A stretch of DNA of 64,000 nucleotides from a virus, in the IMG/VR virus record IMGVR_UViG_3300031453_000081; one strand, written 5' to 3'. Shown here piece after piece: positions 18,092 to 28,221 of this stretch. A model generated the notes under the pieces. It saw nothing but the letters and a program-made list of their open reading frames with translations. It did no database searches and was not told the DNA's origin. Each line of letters begins with the position of its first letter. The first letter of the stretch is position 1. Position numbers and translations under genes: made by a program.

Positions 18092-18562
18092 ATGGCGGAA
18101 AATGGCGGAAAATGGCAGGCAAACCGGCGACAGCAGGCGTTAATCGACCGTTTGAGTCGATCACCGTATATCACTGTCTCTGAAGCAGCTCGAGAACTCG
18201 GCATTCCAATCGACACAGCCGGAAAATGGCACTGCCTCCCCGAGTTTCGATCCGCGCTAGAGAATCAGCGTCGAACCGAGGGTGACCAAACCCGGCTCGA
18301 GCTCGAGGCGCGGATACTGGCCCAGGGACAGGCGGCAATCGCCGCCAAGATTGAGAATCTTGCTGCTAGCAGTGAACACGTGCGACACCTCGAGTCGTCG
18401 TACATCCTCGATCGCATCCTGGGCAAACCGACCGAACGCAGTGAGCAGGCGCATACCGTCGACGCGCGGGTGAACATCGTGGCAGAAATTGACGCATTGC
18501 TCAACCGGCCCATCGAGGTGCGTCATGTCCCCGACACCAGCGACTCTGGCGAGTCGCCCTGA
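18092..18562 (+). CDS. terS: Terminase small subunit (HTH)
   Basis: N-terminal HTH (VSEAARELGIPIDTAGKW), LDRILGKP; directly upstream of TerL. Confidence 0.75.
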   Translation: MAENGGKWQANRRQQALIDRLSRSPYITVSEAARELGIPIDTAGKWHCLPEFRSALENQRRTEGDQTRLELEARILAQGQAAIAAKIENLAASSEHVRHLESSYILDRILGKPTERSEQAHTVDARVNIVAEIDALLNRPIEVRHVPDTSDSGESP

Positions 18563-19874
18563 TCTCTTCGCCCAGGTCTTGCTCGGGGTTGAACTTCATC
18601 CCGGCCAGGCCGAATGGCTCCAGTGCCGAGCGCGTATCAAGATCGCCTGCTGCGGCCGGAGGTGGGGAAAGAGCTACAGCGAGGCTGCCGACCTCATCTG
18701 GTTCGCCGTCACGCATCACGACACTCAGCAGTTCCTGGTGGCGCCGACCCATGACCAGTCGACCATCATTTTTCAGTACGTCGTTCGGATGCTCCACGAG
18801 AGTCCGCTCTCGAGCTACATCGAGAAAATCGTCTACTCGCCGTTCCCGGAGATTCGGCTCAAGAACGACAGTATCATTCGGGCGCGATCAACCGGCAACG
18901 ATGGGACCAACCTCCGCGGGCACGGTGCCGACCGGATCATTCTGGATGAGGCGGCGTTCATCGGTGGCGAGGTGTTCACGACCATCTCGCCGCTCCTGGC
19001 CACCAGTCGATTCGGCGAGCTGGTGCTTATCTCCACACCCTTCGGGCGAAACACATTCTGGGAGTACTGGCAACGTGGCCAGGGTGATGACCCCGACGTT
19101 CAGAGTTTTCGCTATCCATCGTCCTCGAACCCCTATCTATCGCAGGCATATCTGGAGGGGGAACGGCGAGACCGAACATCTCTGGCCTACGCCGTTGAAT
19201 ACGAGGCGGAGTTCCGTGAGGATCAGAACAACGTTTTCCCGTACACATTGGTCGAGTCCTGTGTGCGCCCCGGATTGGAGAGCGAGCCGGTCTACGGTCA
19301 TCGCTACGTCATTGGCTACGACCCGGCGAAATGGGCCGACCGATCTGGCGTGGTGGTGCTCGATGTCTCGACCAAACCCTGGCAGGTGGCTCGATGTTTT
19401 GACCTGTCTGGTCGCGATTATCTGGTCCAGGCCCCCCAGATCGGCCTCCTCTCGCAGCACTACGGCTATCGACCGGCGGTGCTCCTGGATGCAACAAGTC
19501 ACGATCAAATGCTGGAGCAACTCCTCGCCGATGGCGTCAACGCCGAGGGTTTCCAGTTCACCAATACCTCCAAACAGGAACTGATCAACGGTTTGGTGAT
19601 CGCCATGGAACAGGGTGAGGTGGTGATTCCCAACCATCATGACCTCATGACCGAACTGGCCTACTACCGTTACGAACTCACCGCGGCCGGCAACGTCAAA
19701 CTCGGCGCGGATAGCAAACACCATGACGACCTGGTCACGGCTCTGGCCCTGGCGGTGCACTGTGCCAAACAGCCCCATGGCGGCGGCATGTTGCTCGCTA
19801 CGCCGTCGTCCGCAGCGTCTGCCCCTGGTGCCTTCAGCACTCGATTGAACAAGCACTCCAAGCGCTCTTTTTAG
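18525..19874 (+). CDS. terL: Terminase large subunit
   Basis: Walker A CGRRWGKS, Walker B IILDEAAF, STP, nuclease GYDPA and HDDLVTALALA. Confidence 0.93.
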   Translation: MSPTPATLASRPDLFAQVLLGVELHPGQAEWLQCRARIKIACCGRRWGKSYSEAADLIWFAVTHHDTQQFLVAPTHDQSTIIFQYVVRMLHESPLSSYIEKIVYSPFPEIRLKNDSIIRARSTGNDGTNLRGHGADRIILDEAAFIGGEVFTTISPLLATSRFGELVLISTPFGRNTFWEYWQRGQGDDPDVQSFRYPSSSNPYLSQAYLEGERRDRTSLAYAVEYEAEFREDQNNVFPYTLVESCVRPGLESEPVYGHRYVIGYDPAKWADRSGVVVLDVSTKPWQVARCFDLSGRDYLVQAPQIGLLSQHYGYRPAVLLDATSHDQMLEQLLADGVNAEGFQFTNTSKQELINGLVIAMEQGEVVIPNHHDLMTELAYYRYELTAAGNVKLGADSKHHDDLVTALALAVHCAKQPHGGGMLLATPSSAASAPGAFSTRLNKHSKRSF

Positions 19875-19883
19875 GACACCATC

Positions 19884-21611
19884 GTGGGTTTATTCCGCCG
19901 ACAACCGAATGCGAGCCAGACTGAGGTTGTCTCACTCCGCGAGGAAGTGGCCACGCTCCGTACGCAGGTGACGGAGACCGCGGGCATGCGTATGACGCAG
20001 ACGCAGTCCTCGGGCGACGTGCGGGAGAGCCGCTCTGCATTGCTCACCGGGCACTATGAGCACGAGCTGGCCACGCTCTACGACGCCTACAAAGCGTGTC
20101 CGTGGATATCCGCGCCCATCGACACCATCGCCAAACGGATGACCAGCGGCGGCATCGAGTTCGAGCCGGCGCACAAAGGAGCCGATCCCGCGAACCTGGC
20201 TCGGCTCCAGAACCTGTTTCTGTACTGCAATCTGTACGAGGACATTGTCGAAATCACGCAGTTGGCCATCATCGCGATGCTGATCTTTGGCGCAGGCCAT
20301 TGGGAGGTTGGCTGGGCTGCGGGGATCCCGATATCGCTGTTTTACGCCGATCCGGTGACGATCCAACCAGTCACTGATGAGTTTGGCAACGTCACCGGCT
20401 ATGCACAACGACTGGGCGGCGGAAAAAAGATCGACCTGGATGCCGACCAGATTGTGCGGTTTGCACTGCGTGGGCCACGCGGCGAAACCCTGTCCCCGAT
20501 CTACAAAATTATGAACAGCGCTGTACTCTACACGCACATGATGAGTTACGGCCAGAAGTTCTTTGAGAACGGCGCTCGTCCGACACTGAACCTAGAACTA
20601 CCCGAGAAATCAGACGAGGTTATGGCCAGCCGGCACCGTGAATGGGCGCAGGAGCATCTGGCCGGCGTGGAGAACGCCTACGGCATACAGGTGACGTACG
20701 GCGGCGCGAAACTGACCAACTTAGGAAACAATCACTCCGACCTCGAGTTCCTCAACGGGCTGAAATATCTCCGTGAGGAGTTCCTGGCGGTGCTGGGTGT
20801 GCCGCCCTCCGCAGTGGCTGTTTCGGACAACGGCAACCGGCTGACAGATCTGTCCGATTCAGCAGATAAGCAGTTTCGGTACAACACGATCAACCCGATC
20901 CGGCGGCTGTTCGAGGAGAAGATCAATTTCGGCATCGTGCAGCAGGGGTTCGGCATTCGAGATTGGGTGGTGCGACTGCGTGAGGCCGACTACCGGTCAG
21001 ATCAGCTGCTGGTCCAGACTATTGTCCAGCAGGTTCAGGAAGGTGTGCTGACCAGGGACGAGGCCCGGAAAGAACTGGGTTCAATTGGGCGCGTGCCAGG
21101 TTCTGGCGGCAACATCGCCACGGTTACGCTGCGAAACCAGCTCATCCCTGTGTCCGATATCGCCACGATCCATAGCGACCAATTTGTGACCGCCCAGCAG
21201 GCCGCCGCGACCACCGGCATGGATCCACACGCCAAGCCTAAGCAGCTCGCCAAAGCGTCGCCGGCGAATCCAACCGACCCGCCGCCAGAGCCGCCGCCCC
21301 CAACGACACCCGCCACCAAGGAAGCGCTCGGCGATCTCGCTCAGTGGCAGCGGCAGGCACTCAAGGCCGTGCGTGAGGGGAAGCCGGCGCGGCCGTTCAC
21401 CTCAGACGCCCTAAGCGAGCATCTGCGCGGCGGACTCCAGGCATTCCTGGCCACCTGCGACACGGCAGACCAGGTGCGCGAGGTGTTCGACCAGGCATTC
21501 ATCAGCGTGCGTGAGGCGGACGCGCCGCCGCCGGCGTCTGACGACGACGCCCGGGCGCTCACCAGCGCCTTCGAGGCCATCATGGACGACGTGCTCGCGG
21601 GACGTGCGTAA
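19884..21611 (+). CDS. Portal protein
   Basis: YKACPWISAPIDTIA, FFENGARP, LAVLGVPP, GVLTRDEAR; follows TerL. Confidence 0.88.
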   Translation: MGLFRRQPNASQTEVVSLREEVATLRTQVTETAGMRMTQTQSSGDVRESRSALLTGHYEHELATLYDAYKACPWISAPIDTIAKRMTSGGIEFEPAHKGADPANLARLQNLFLYCNLYEDIVEITQLAIIAMLIFGAGHWEVGWAAGIPISLFYADPVTIQPVTDEFGNVTGYAQRLGGGKKIDLDADQIVRFALRGPRGETLSPIYKIMNSAVLYTHMMSYGQKFFENGARPTLNLELPEKSDEVMASRHREWAQEHLAGVENAYGIQVTYGGAKLTNLGNNHSDLEFLNGLKYLREEFLAVLGVPPSAVAVSDNGNRLTDLSDSADKQFRYNTINPIRRLFEEKINFGIVQQGFGIRDWVVRLREADYRSDQLLVQTIVQQVQEGVLTRDEARKELGSIGRVPGSGGNIATVTLRNQLIPVSDIATIHSDQFVTAQQAAATTGMDPHAKPKQLAKASPANPTDPPPEPPPPTTPATKEALGDLAQWQRQALKAVREGKPARPFTSDALSEHLRGGLQAFLATCDTADQVREVFDQAFISVREADAPPPASDDDARALTSAFEAIMDDVLAGRA

Positions 21612-22198
21612 TGTCAGACGCTGCTCCACAGGCGCCCCGGGTCAACGACCGCCACCGTAAAGAGTTAGCGGCGGCGCTGCTCATCGCACTGCTCGCCCTC
21701 TACCGCCGGCGAACCCGGCAGACACTGGACGCTCTGGGCCTGACCACGACACCGGTGGTGGTCTCGGCGTCGACCATGGCGTGGCTCACGGCGTTCGCCA
21801 ACGATCGCGCCGCCAAAGCGCAACGGGGGATCAATCTGCGTCTGGGGCAGGCGGTTACGGAGTTACCGGACGGCGCTGACGCCGGCGTCCAACGTGCCGC
21901 ACTGCAGCAGGCACGAACCGAGATGCGGGACTACAACGGCACCTGGCTGGTGCCGTTTCTCATCTCCACCGTGGTACATCAGGAACTGGTTGATACCTAT
22001 CGCGACCTACCGAGCAGCATGCCCGGTGTCTCGCTGGCTGATGCCGTGCCTTGGACGTGGGAGCAATTCACTTCAAATCCTGATGACTGCGCAGAAGCAG
22101 CGGCGGCAAGTCCAGCATCGCTCGATACACTACTGGGAATCACCGGTAGCCCTCCTCCTGTTCATGAACGATGCCTCTGCCAACTGTCTCCGACGTAG
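21611..22198 (+). CDS. Minor head protein (Mu gpF/SPP1 gp7-like)
   Basis: C-terminal PPVHERCLC motif; follows portal. Confidence 0.6.
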   Translation: MSDAAPQAPRVNDRHRKELAAALLIALLALYRRRTRQTLDALGLTTTPVVVSASTMAWLTAFANDRAAKAQRGINLRLGQAVTELPDGADAGVQRAALQQARTEMRDYNGTWLVPFLISTVVHQELVDTYRDLPSSMPGVSLADAVPWTWEQFTSNPDDCAEAAAASPASLDTLLGITGSPPPVHERCLCQLSPT

Positions 22199-22201
22199 CC
22201 C

Positions 22202-22798
22202 TCAATCCTTGATGTGCCGCCAACTGGTGCGGTTCAGGACTCGCCGGATCGCGCCCCTTGTGACGTGGTACTCGCTGGCCAGTTTCCGCTCTGATGTCGA
22301 TTCGGTTGCATATCGTCTGCGAATATCGCGAACCGAGCCTGCCGTCAACTTTGCTAGAACGTGCAATTCGCCCTGTTGAGTCGGTCGGGAGGAGCCTAGT
22401 ACTCCGCCACCTCGGGTCCGGTATTTACGCTGAGCGTCATGCACATTGTCAGCAGATGTTCCGAGGAACAGATGATCCCAACGAACGCATGAACGAATAT
22501 CGCAATGGTGACAGATGAGCATGCCTGCAGGGACTGGCTTGCCATGGTGTTGTGACCAAGCCCAGCGATGCGCTGCATGTTTCACCCGATCCCGCGTAAA
22601 AGTTCCGTACCCCGTTGCGGCTATGCTCCCGACCCAAATCCAGCATGGCGAAGGATAGCCGCGCTCCTCGGCCCGGTATGCCAGTGGCTTCCGGTTTTGA
22701 TGCCCGTTAATAAATCTTTGCGGTTTACCTGTCCTCACGTGGGGAGTGGTCATTCCACCACAGCCGCACCGACAAGCCTCGTCCGGAATATCATTCAT
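22202..22798 (-). CDS. Free-standing HNH homing endonuclease
   Basis: CRCGCG; HRWAW...CHHCDIRSCVRWDHLFLGTSADN; C-terminal HTH; antisense within the head operon. Confidence 0.85.
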   Translation of the reverse strand: MNDIPDEACRCGCGGMTTPHVRTGKPQRFINGHQNRKPLAYRAEERGYPSPCWIWVGSIAATGYGTFTRDRVKHAAHRWAWSQHHGKPVPAGMLICHHCDIRSCVRWDHLFLGTSADNVHDAQRKYRTRGGGVLGSSRPTQQGELHVLAKLTAGSVRDIRRRYATESTSERKLASEYHVTRGAIRRVLNRTSWRHIKD

Positions 22799-22933
22799 CA
22801 GCTATCACTCCTCGTTAGTGGTGGCTCACGCCCTGGAGTGTTTCCCGCACTGCCAGGGCATTTGTATGCCCTAGTTTACCGCCATCCACGAACGCTGCCA
22901 GTGTAAATGTACGCCTGGCAGGGAGGAGTAACC

Positions 22934-23158
22934 ATGCCCGTCTATGAGTTTGCCTGCCGCAGCTGCGGCGCCCGGTTCGACAAACGCGTCCTCGTGGATC
23001 ATCGGGATCATCAGCAGGCGCATCACTGCCACGTCGACAGCGATGGTACGAACCATTTCGGCGTCGGCGAACGCGTGTTCACGGCCGATTTTGCGTTTCG
23101 TATTGGCTCGGGCGGGTTCCTCAACGGGCGGAACAATGTGCCCGGCGGGAACGTCTGA
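22934..23158 (+). CDS. FmdB-family zinc-ribbon protein
   Basis: GGAGGAG RBS; MPVYEFACRSCGARF. Confidence 0.75.
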   Translation: MPVYEFACRSCGARFDKRVLVDHRDHQQAHHCHVDSDGTNHFGVGERVFTADFAFRIGSGGFLNGRNNVPGGNV

Positions 23159-23286
23159 TGCTGGTTGCTCTTGAGGTGTTCATGGGATTCCTGGCACTGT
23201 CAACGCTCATTGTTTGCGCCCTGTTGCTCGCCCTACTGCTTGCCACCCTCGTCGACCACGCGTTCAACTGGCTCGACTACCACTAA
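23158..23286 (+). CDS. Small membrane protein (42 aa)
   Basis: TGATG coupling; hydrophobic; translated by hand. Confidence 0.45.
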   Translation: MLVALEVFMGFLALSTLIVCALLLALLLATLVDHAFNWLDYH

Positions 23287-23299
23287 ATCTGGAGTTCTT

Positions 23300-23488
23300 A
23301 TGAAGACCAATTCCAATGACGACATCCAGAAAGCGCTCGCCGCCGTAGACGAGGAGATTCAACGGACCATCCTGGCCATGGGCAACTGTCGCGGTGAAGA
23401 TTTAGAAACACTCGCCCGACGCCTGGACCGCATGGACAGCGCCTATATCTACTTCTCGCAGGCTCGCGCTAGCGATTCCTGGATCTAA
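23300..23488 (+). CDS. Hypothetical protein (62 aa)
   Basis: GGAG RBS. Confidence 0.5.
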   Translation: MKTNSNDDIQKALAAVDEEIQRTILAMGNCRGEDLETLARRLDRMDSAYIYFSQARASDSWI

Positions 23489-23505
23489 CACCCCCTGGAG
23501 CACCT

Positions 23506-24915
23506 ATGCATACCGAGATATTTGACGCCCCGCAGGTCATCGAAACGCACGCCGCAGCTGATTCGCCCCACTTGGCCACGATTCGCGGCCATTTCATGAG
23601 TGAGGGTGCGCGCTCCGCGAACAAGCGCCTATACGTGAACACCGCGTCGTGGCTGGCCAAGGCCCAGGCGAAGCTGGCCGCCGGCGGCACGATCGACATG
23701 CGCACTCATCATGAGGCCGGCGACGATACCACCCGTGTCTTTGGCCGCGTGTCCAAGATCGGCACCGATGGCACCTATGAGGCCACCATCGTTAATAACA
23801 CGCTCGGACGAGAAATTCTGCCGGCCATCAGAGGCGGCTATCTCAACCATGTCAGTCTGCGTGCCAGCCGTGCTACCGCGGCGCCCATGGAGTCGAAGGG
23901 TGAGCCCGGGTGGGTAAAAATCACCGACGTGGAGAACCTGGTCGGCATTGACCTGACCAACTCCCCCGGCATTGCCGAGGCGTCGGTCAGCGTGATGGAG
24001 AGCGCCGGCGACGGCGAGATCGTGCTGGAGTCGTTTGAGCTACAGCCACTCGATGCCGAGGAGCGTTTTGAGACGGTGGCTGTTGAGGCTGTCGCCCAGG
24101 CCGCTGCTCACTTTGAGCGCGAGTACTCCGCGGCAGAGCGAAAAAAGGCGGGACGCGACGGTACGGCACTGCCCGACGGTAGTTTCCCAATCTACACCCC
24201 GGCCGACGTGGGTCACTCTGGGCGACTCTGGAATCACTCCTCCAACCCCAAGGCCGCGAAGGCCCACATTATCCACCGTGCCAAGGCGCTGGGCGCCGTG
24301 ACTGAACTCCCCTACGACTGGCGAACTGACGACAACGGCAATCCGATTAACACTGACAGTACCGAGTCCATCAAGGGAGCAGAGATGAAGCCCAAGACTG
24401 AAACCGACAGCTCGAAGCCCGGCATCGCCGGAGCCATCGCCCAGGCCGCGGAGAGCACCCCGCCTGCTGGCGCCACGAGCACGCCTGCGGCGACGCAGCC
24501 TGCCGCTGGTGTGGCTGGTAGCATCGCCACCGCCGTTGAGTCGCTGAAAACGGACGCGACCGAGGGCGAAACGGTGGAGTCACTGAAGGCTCGGATCGCC
24601 GCGCTGGAGGGCAAGCCAACCGAGACGCCGGCTGGAACCGCGCCGGCAGCCACAGAGAGCACCACCACATCGTCCGGGAGCGCATCGCTCACCGAGGCGT
24701 CGCTCGCAACAGCCGTGGAGGCTGTTATGGAGCGCGAACGCCGGCGGTTCGAGGATCGCGTCCAGGAGATGGAGACCAAGCACAAGAGCGACATCGAGGA
24801 GATCCTCGCCTCGCGTCGCAAAACGGTTGCCGTGTCCGAGACGGAGGCAGCCGACGCCGTCGAGAAACTGAGTCTCGGCCAGGCCGTCGCCGCCTACCTC
24901 GGAGCCAAACGCTAA
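23506..24915 (+). CDS. Prohead protease (T4 gp21-like) fused to a central conserved domain and a scaffold-like C-terminus
   Basis: NKRLY, HH, VSLRA, GIDLTNSPG motifs; ALPDGSFPI...AHIIHRAKALG domain; coiled-coil end; precedes MCP. Confidence 0.75.
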   Translation: MHTEIFDAPQVIETHAAADSPHLATIRGHFMSEGARSANKRLYVNTASWLAKAQAKLAAGGTIDMRTHHEAGDDTTRVFGRVSKIGTDGTYEATIVNNTLGREILPAIRGGYLNHVSLRASRATAAPMESKGEPGWVKITDVENLVGIDLTNSPGIAEASVSVMESAGDGEIVLESFELQPLDAEERFETVAVEAVAQAAAHFEREYSAAERKKAGRDGTALPDGSFPIYTPADVGHSGRLWNHSSNPKAAKAHIIHRAKALGAVTELPYDWRTDDNGNPINTDSTESIKGAEMKPKTETDSSKPGIAGAIAQAAESTPPAGATSTPAATQPAAGVAGSIATAVESLKTDATEGETVESLKARIAALEGKPTETPAGTAPAATESTTTSSGSASLTEASLATAVEAVMERERRRFEDRVQEMETKHKSDIEEILASRRKTVAVSETEAADAVEKLSLGQAVAAYLGAKR

Positions 24916-24956
24916 CACTCCCGCCCCCCCCCCCCATCCCAATCACTCGCCGCACG

Positions 24957-24979
24957 AAGCCGCCGCACTAGGCGGTTTT
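24957..24979 (+). terminator. Terminator-like hairpin between protease and MCP
   Basis: AAGCCGCC-GCACTA-GGCGGTTTT, preceded by a C12 run at 24924-24935. Confidence 0.45.
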
Positions 24980-24998
24980 CATCATTTCGGAGTACTAC

Positions 24999-26429
24999 AT
25001 GGCCACCATTGCCGACCTCGCCGAGGCGTTGACCTCGTCGCAAACCGCAGCTCTGCTGCAAAAGCGGATCGACGCCTCCCTCCTGGACGTGTTCAGGAAG
25101 GAAGACCCGCTCAAAGGCGCGCTACCCACCAAAGACTGGAACGCCGCCGTCTTCTACTGGAACACTCGGAACCGCCTGCCCTATGCGCAGGCCGTGGTCG
25201 AAGCGCCGCCCACCAGTGGAACCGGATCGGTTTCCCCGACTCAGAGCAACTACATCCAGAGCCAGGTGCCCATCGCGCACTACCAGGTCAACGGCGACCT
25301 GTCGAAGTTCAATATCAAAGTCGCGCATGCCAGTATCGAGAACCTGCTCGACGAGGAAATGACGGCGGCCACCCAGTCCATGGCTTGGATGCAGTCCATG
25401 TTCCACATCTACGGCTCGGCTGGGGCAACCGTTGCCAGCGTCCGGCCGCAGTGGGACGGATTTGACCGCCTGATCTCGAACACCAACAGGCTGGTGCCGA
25501 ATGCCGGTGCAGGTACATCGCTGACCTTTCTCGATCTCGACAACATGATTGACGCCGTGCGCACCAAGATCGCGGCCCCGCTGCCGGGCGAGGATTTCTT
25601 CTTCCTGACCAGCGAGCCCATGCTGTCGAAGATTGGCCGGCTGATGCAGCCCGAGGTACGCCAGGGCGCTACCGCGATCCTCAAGCCGCGCCGGATGGAC
25701 GGCATCACCGGCCAGGTCGTCACGGCTGAGGGCGGCGTCGAAGTGCCGGCCTATCGGGGTATCCCGATTCTCGGCACGTCGTTCCTGACGCCCACCGGGA
25801 CCATGACCGTCGTCACTGCAACGGCAACCGGCGCCGATGGCGCCACGACCCTGGCTGCCCGCTACTACGCGGTGGAAGCGATCACGCAGTACGGTCCCAT
25901 GTACTGCGCTACGGCTACCGTGACCCCTGCTGCTGCCACCAATCACGTCGATCTGACCTTCGCTACGCCGGCTGCGACGGACATCTTCGGCAACAACCAG
26001 CCGATCCTCCAATACCGGGTGTACGAGGGCGCTACGGCCAACAGCCTGAGCCTGTATGCAGTGGTCGCCGCAACTGATACCGTAGACCTGGCCGTGACCA
26101 CCATCCGTGATCTGGGCTCCAATGGCGTCCTGGCCAACCCTGGCGCCAATCAGGTGCTCGGCGTGGTGACCGGCGCGTCCAACGTCGCCGGCGACGGCGT
26201 CAACATCGCACCGCCCTCCGTTGCGCCTGCCGTGGGATACGACGAGTGCATGTGGCTCGCCACGCGCAAACCCGAGTTCGTGTGCGTCCCGACGGTGACG
26301 GAGATCGAGAGCGAGATTCTGGCCAACGTCAACGCGCGTACTGTCCAGTACGCGCTGGTCGGCGACTGCGCCCTGGCCATGCGTGCTCCAGCCTTCGCCG
26401 CGAAACTGATGCGTGTCGCCACGGCGTAA
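24999..26429 (+). CDS. Major capsid protein with an inserted Ig/Fn3-like domain
   Basis: HK97-fold hallmarks (FDRL, LDLDNMIDAV, YRGIPIL, final GDCALAMRAP.FAA); beta-rich insert near aa 270-400. Confidence 0.85.
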   Translation: MATIADLAEALTSSQTAALLQKRIDASLLDVFRKEDPLKGALPTKDWNAAVFYWNTRNRLPYAQAVVEAPPTSGTGSVSPTQSNYIQSQVPIAHYQVNGDLSKFNIKVAHASIENLLDEEMTAATQSMAWMQSMFHIYGSAGATVASVRPQWDGFDRLISNTNRLVPNAGAGTSLTFLDLDNMIDAVRTKIAAPLPGEDFFFLTSEPMLSKIGRLMQPEVRQGATAILKPRRMDGITGQVVTAEGGVEVPAYRGIPILGTSFLTPTGTMTVVTATATGADGATTLAARYYAVEAITQYGPMYCATATVTPAAATNHVDLTFATPAATDIFGNNQPILQYRVYEGATANSLSLYAVVAATDTVDLAVTTIRDLGSNGVLANPGANQVLGVVTGASNVAGDGVNIAPPSVAPAVGYDECMWLATRKPEFVCVPTVTEIESEILANVNARTVQYALVGDCALAMRAPAFAAKLMRVATA

Positions 26430-26452
26430 AGCCGCTTGTCAATAGATAGCGA

Positions 26453-26488
26453 GAGCCGGAGCGAGTCCATCGAGGCACGCTCCGGCTC
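26453..26488. terminator. Hairpin after MCP
   Basis: GAGCCGGAGCG...CGCTCCGGCTC. Confidence 0.45.
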
Positions 26489-26508
26489 CACACTCCCAGG
26501 AGCGAATC

Positions 26509-26793
26509 ATGTTATTGCACTATGAGCACCCCGGCCCGGGTTCGGTCCTGGGCCTGGACTTTGAGCAACATTTCCTCGATGTGCCGGATCACCTGACGGC
26601 CGCCGTCCTCGAAAACCCGCACTGGCGACCAGCGACGGACGAGGAGCAGGCGACGTATTCAGCACCATTACACGACGCCGACAATGATGATGCTGGCAGC
26701 GACGGCGGCGAGACGTGCGCCGTAACGACCGAGGGTGTCGATCGGCGGTCAATCCGGTCGACACGTCGCACTCGCGCACAGGTGACTGAGTAA
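26509..26793 (+). CDS. Hypothetical virion-assembly protein
   Basis: CAGGAG RBS; follows MCP. Confidence 0.6.
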   Translation: MLLHYEHPGPGSVLGLDFEQHFLDVPDHLTAAVLENPHWRPATDEEQATYSAPLHDADNDDAGSDGGETCAVTTEGVDRRSIRSTRRTRAQVTE

Positions 26794-27194
26794 TGGCCGG
26801 CCAACTCTATCCCACGAACGTGTGCGTCAAGACTGTCACTGAGGATAATGTCAACGGTTTGCAGGTGCGGCTCGTTGACCAGACTGGCGCCAGCATGACC
26901 ACCAGTGCCGGCCTGCCGACCAAAGATGGCCAGGTGACCCCGAAGGGCTTCCAGCAAATCACAGCGCTCGGCGGCGCCGTCGCTCTCACGCCGCCTGCAG
27001 GCGCCACAATCGCGGTGGTGGTCGCCGAGACGAGTAGCGTGCGGTGGCGTGATGACGGGGTAGCGCCGACGGCGACCGTCGGCATGCTGCTCGCTGCGGG
27101 GACGTATTTGACCTTCACGGACACGAATCTGGCGGCGGTGCAGTTCATCCAGACCGCTGCTGGGGCCGTGCTCGACGTGGCGTACTACGCGTAA
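26793..27194 (+). CDS. Small beta-rich structural (decoration-like) protein
   Basis: PKGFQQIT...VRWRDDGVAPTATVG motif; head region. Confidence 0.6.
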   Translation: MAGQLYPTNVCVKTVTEDNVNGLQVRLVDQTGASMTTSAGLPTKDGQVTPKGFQQITALGGAVALTPPAGATIAVVVAETSSVRWRDDGVAPTATVGMLLAAGTYLTFTDTNLAAVQFIQTAAGAVLDVAYYA

Positions 27195-27309
27195 TGGCCG
27201 CCACGAAACCGATCCGCGTAGGCCGCGGGAAACCCGACGCACACGTACACATCGGCAAAAAAACGCTGACCCTGTTCTCTCACGCCTCCGCGCAGGCAAT
27301 GGAACCGCT

Positions 27310-28221
27310 ATGCCTACCTGCTACACCAGCCTGACCGCGTTTCAGAACAGCGCCATCGGATATGACTTGGCTTCCTACAGCGCCAGCAAACCCGCTGGCG
27401 CGATCGATCGGGCCATATTTGAATCCTCCGCCGTCGTCTCGCGTCACTGCGGTCGCGAACTTCTCGCGTCACCCACGACGACGGTCGGTGGTTCGGGCGT
27501 CACAGGTGTGGGATCGCTCACCATCCTCCTGGGTGCGGCGGTCAACATCCACCAGATGGACGTTCTGGTGTTTCCCCGTACCGGTGAGGTGGTCGAGGTT
27601 GCGGGTTGCTCGGTCAACGACCCCGCCACTTCCCCCTATCCAGGTGTGGCGCAGCTCGTCACACCGACGGCCAATATCTACAACCCCGGCGATGTTGTGC
27701 AGGTGTACCGCCAGGAACGATACACCGTACGCGGACGGCGCACAGGCGGCGCAGGCGATTCCACCGTCACGCAGTCGCAATCCGGCCAGGTGGCGCAGAT
27801 GCATGCGCCCAAAGGCGGCACCGGGTCCAGCCGCCTTATTTTTCTTCGCCAGTACCCCGTGCTCGCCCTGTTCGCGTGCTACGAGTCGCTGCCCTGGAGC
27901 AACACCGAGACGGCTGTCGACCTGAGCAGTTCCTACCTCAACCGTGAGGAGGGTTGGTATCGTCTTCCGGTGGGATTTTTCAACCCTGTGGCCTCCATCT
28001 GGCGGACACAGTACCGCGCTGGCTATGGGGTGATCCCGGACGACGTGCAGGACGCGGTGCATAACCTCGTCGCCGAGCGCCTGGTACGCGGCCAAAACCC
28101 GATTGGCGCGACTGCGTTTCGCCAGGATGTCCAATCATTCACCAATCCGGGCCTCCAGTACCGCCAGCGTGCCTATGAAATCCTAGAAGCCGGGAGCTAC
28201 GTCCGGCAGGGCATGCTGTGA
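27310..28221 (+). CDS. Head-tail connector/adaptor (gp6/gp15-like) with insertion
   Basis: Helical N-terminus, Y.AGY..IPDDVQDAV C-terminus. Confidence 0.7.
   Translation: MPTCYTSLTAFQNSAIGYDLASYSASKPAGAIDRAIFESSAVVSRHCGRELLASPTTTVGGSGVTGVGSLTILLGAAVNIHQMDVLVFPRTGEVVEVAGCSVNDPATSPYPGVAQLVTPTANIYNPGDVVQVYRQERYTVRGRRTGGAGDSTVTQSQSGQVAQMHAPKGGTGSSRLIFLRQYPVLALFACYESLPWSNTETAVDLSSSYLNREEGWYRLPVGFFNPVASIWRTQYRAGYGVIPDDVQDAVHNLVAERLVRGQNPIGATAFRQDVQSFTNPGLQYRQRAYEILEAGSYVRQGML

Noticed and set aside
22202-22798. HNH as part of a group I intron
   Set aside because: Flanking genes are complete and the HNH is antisense and intergenic
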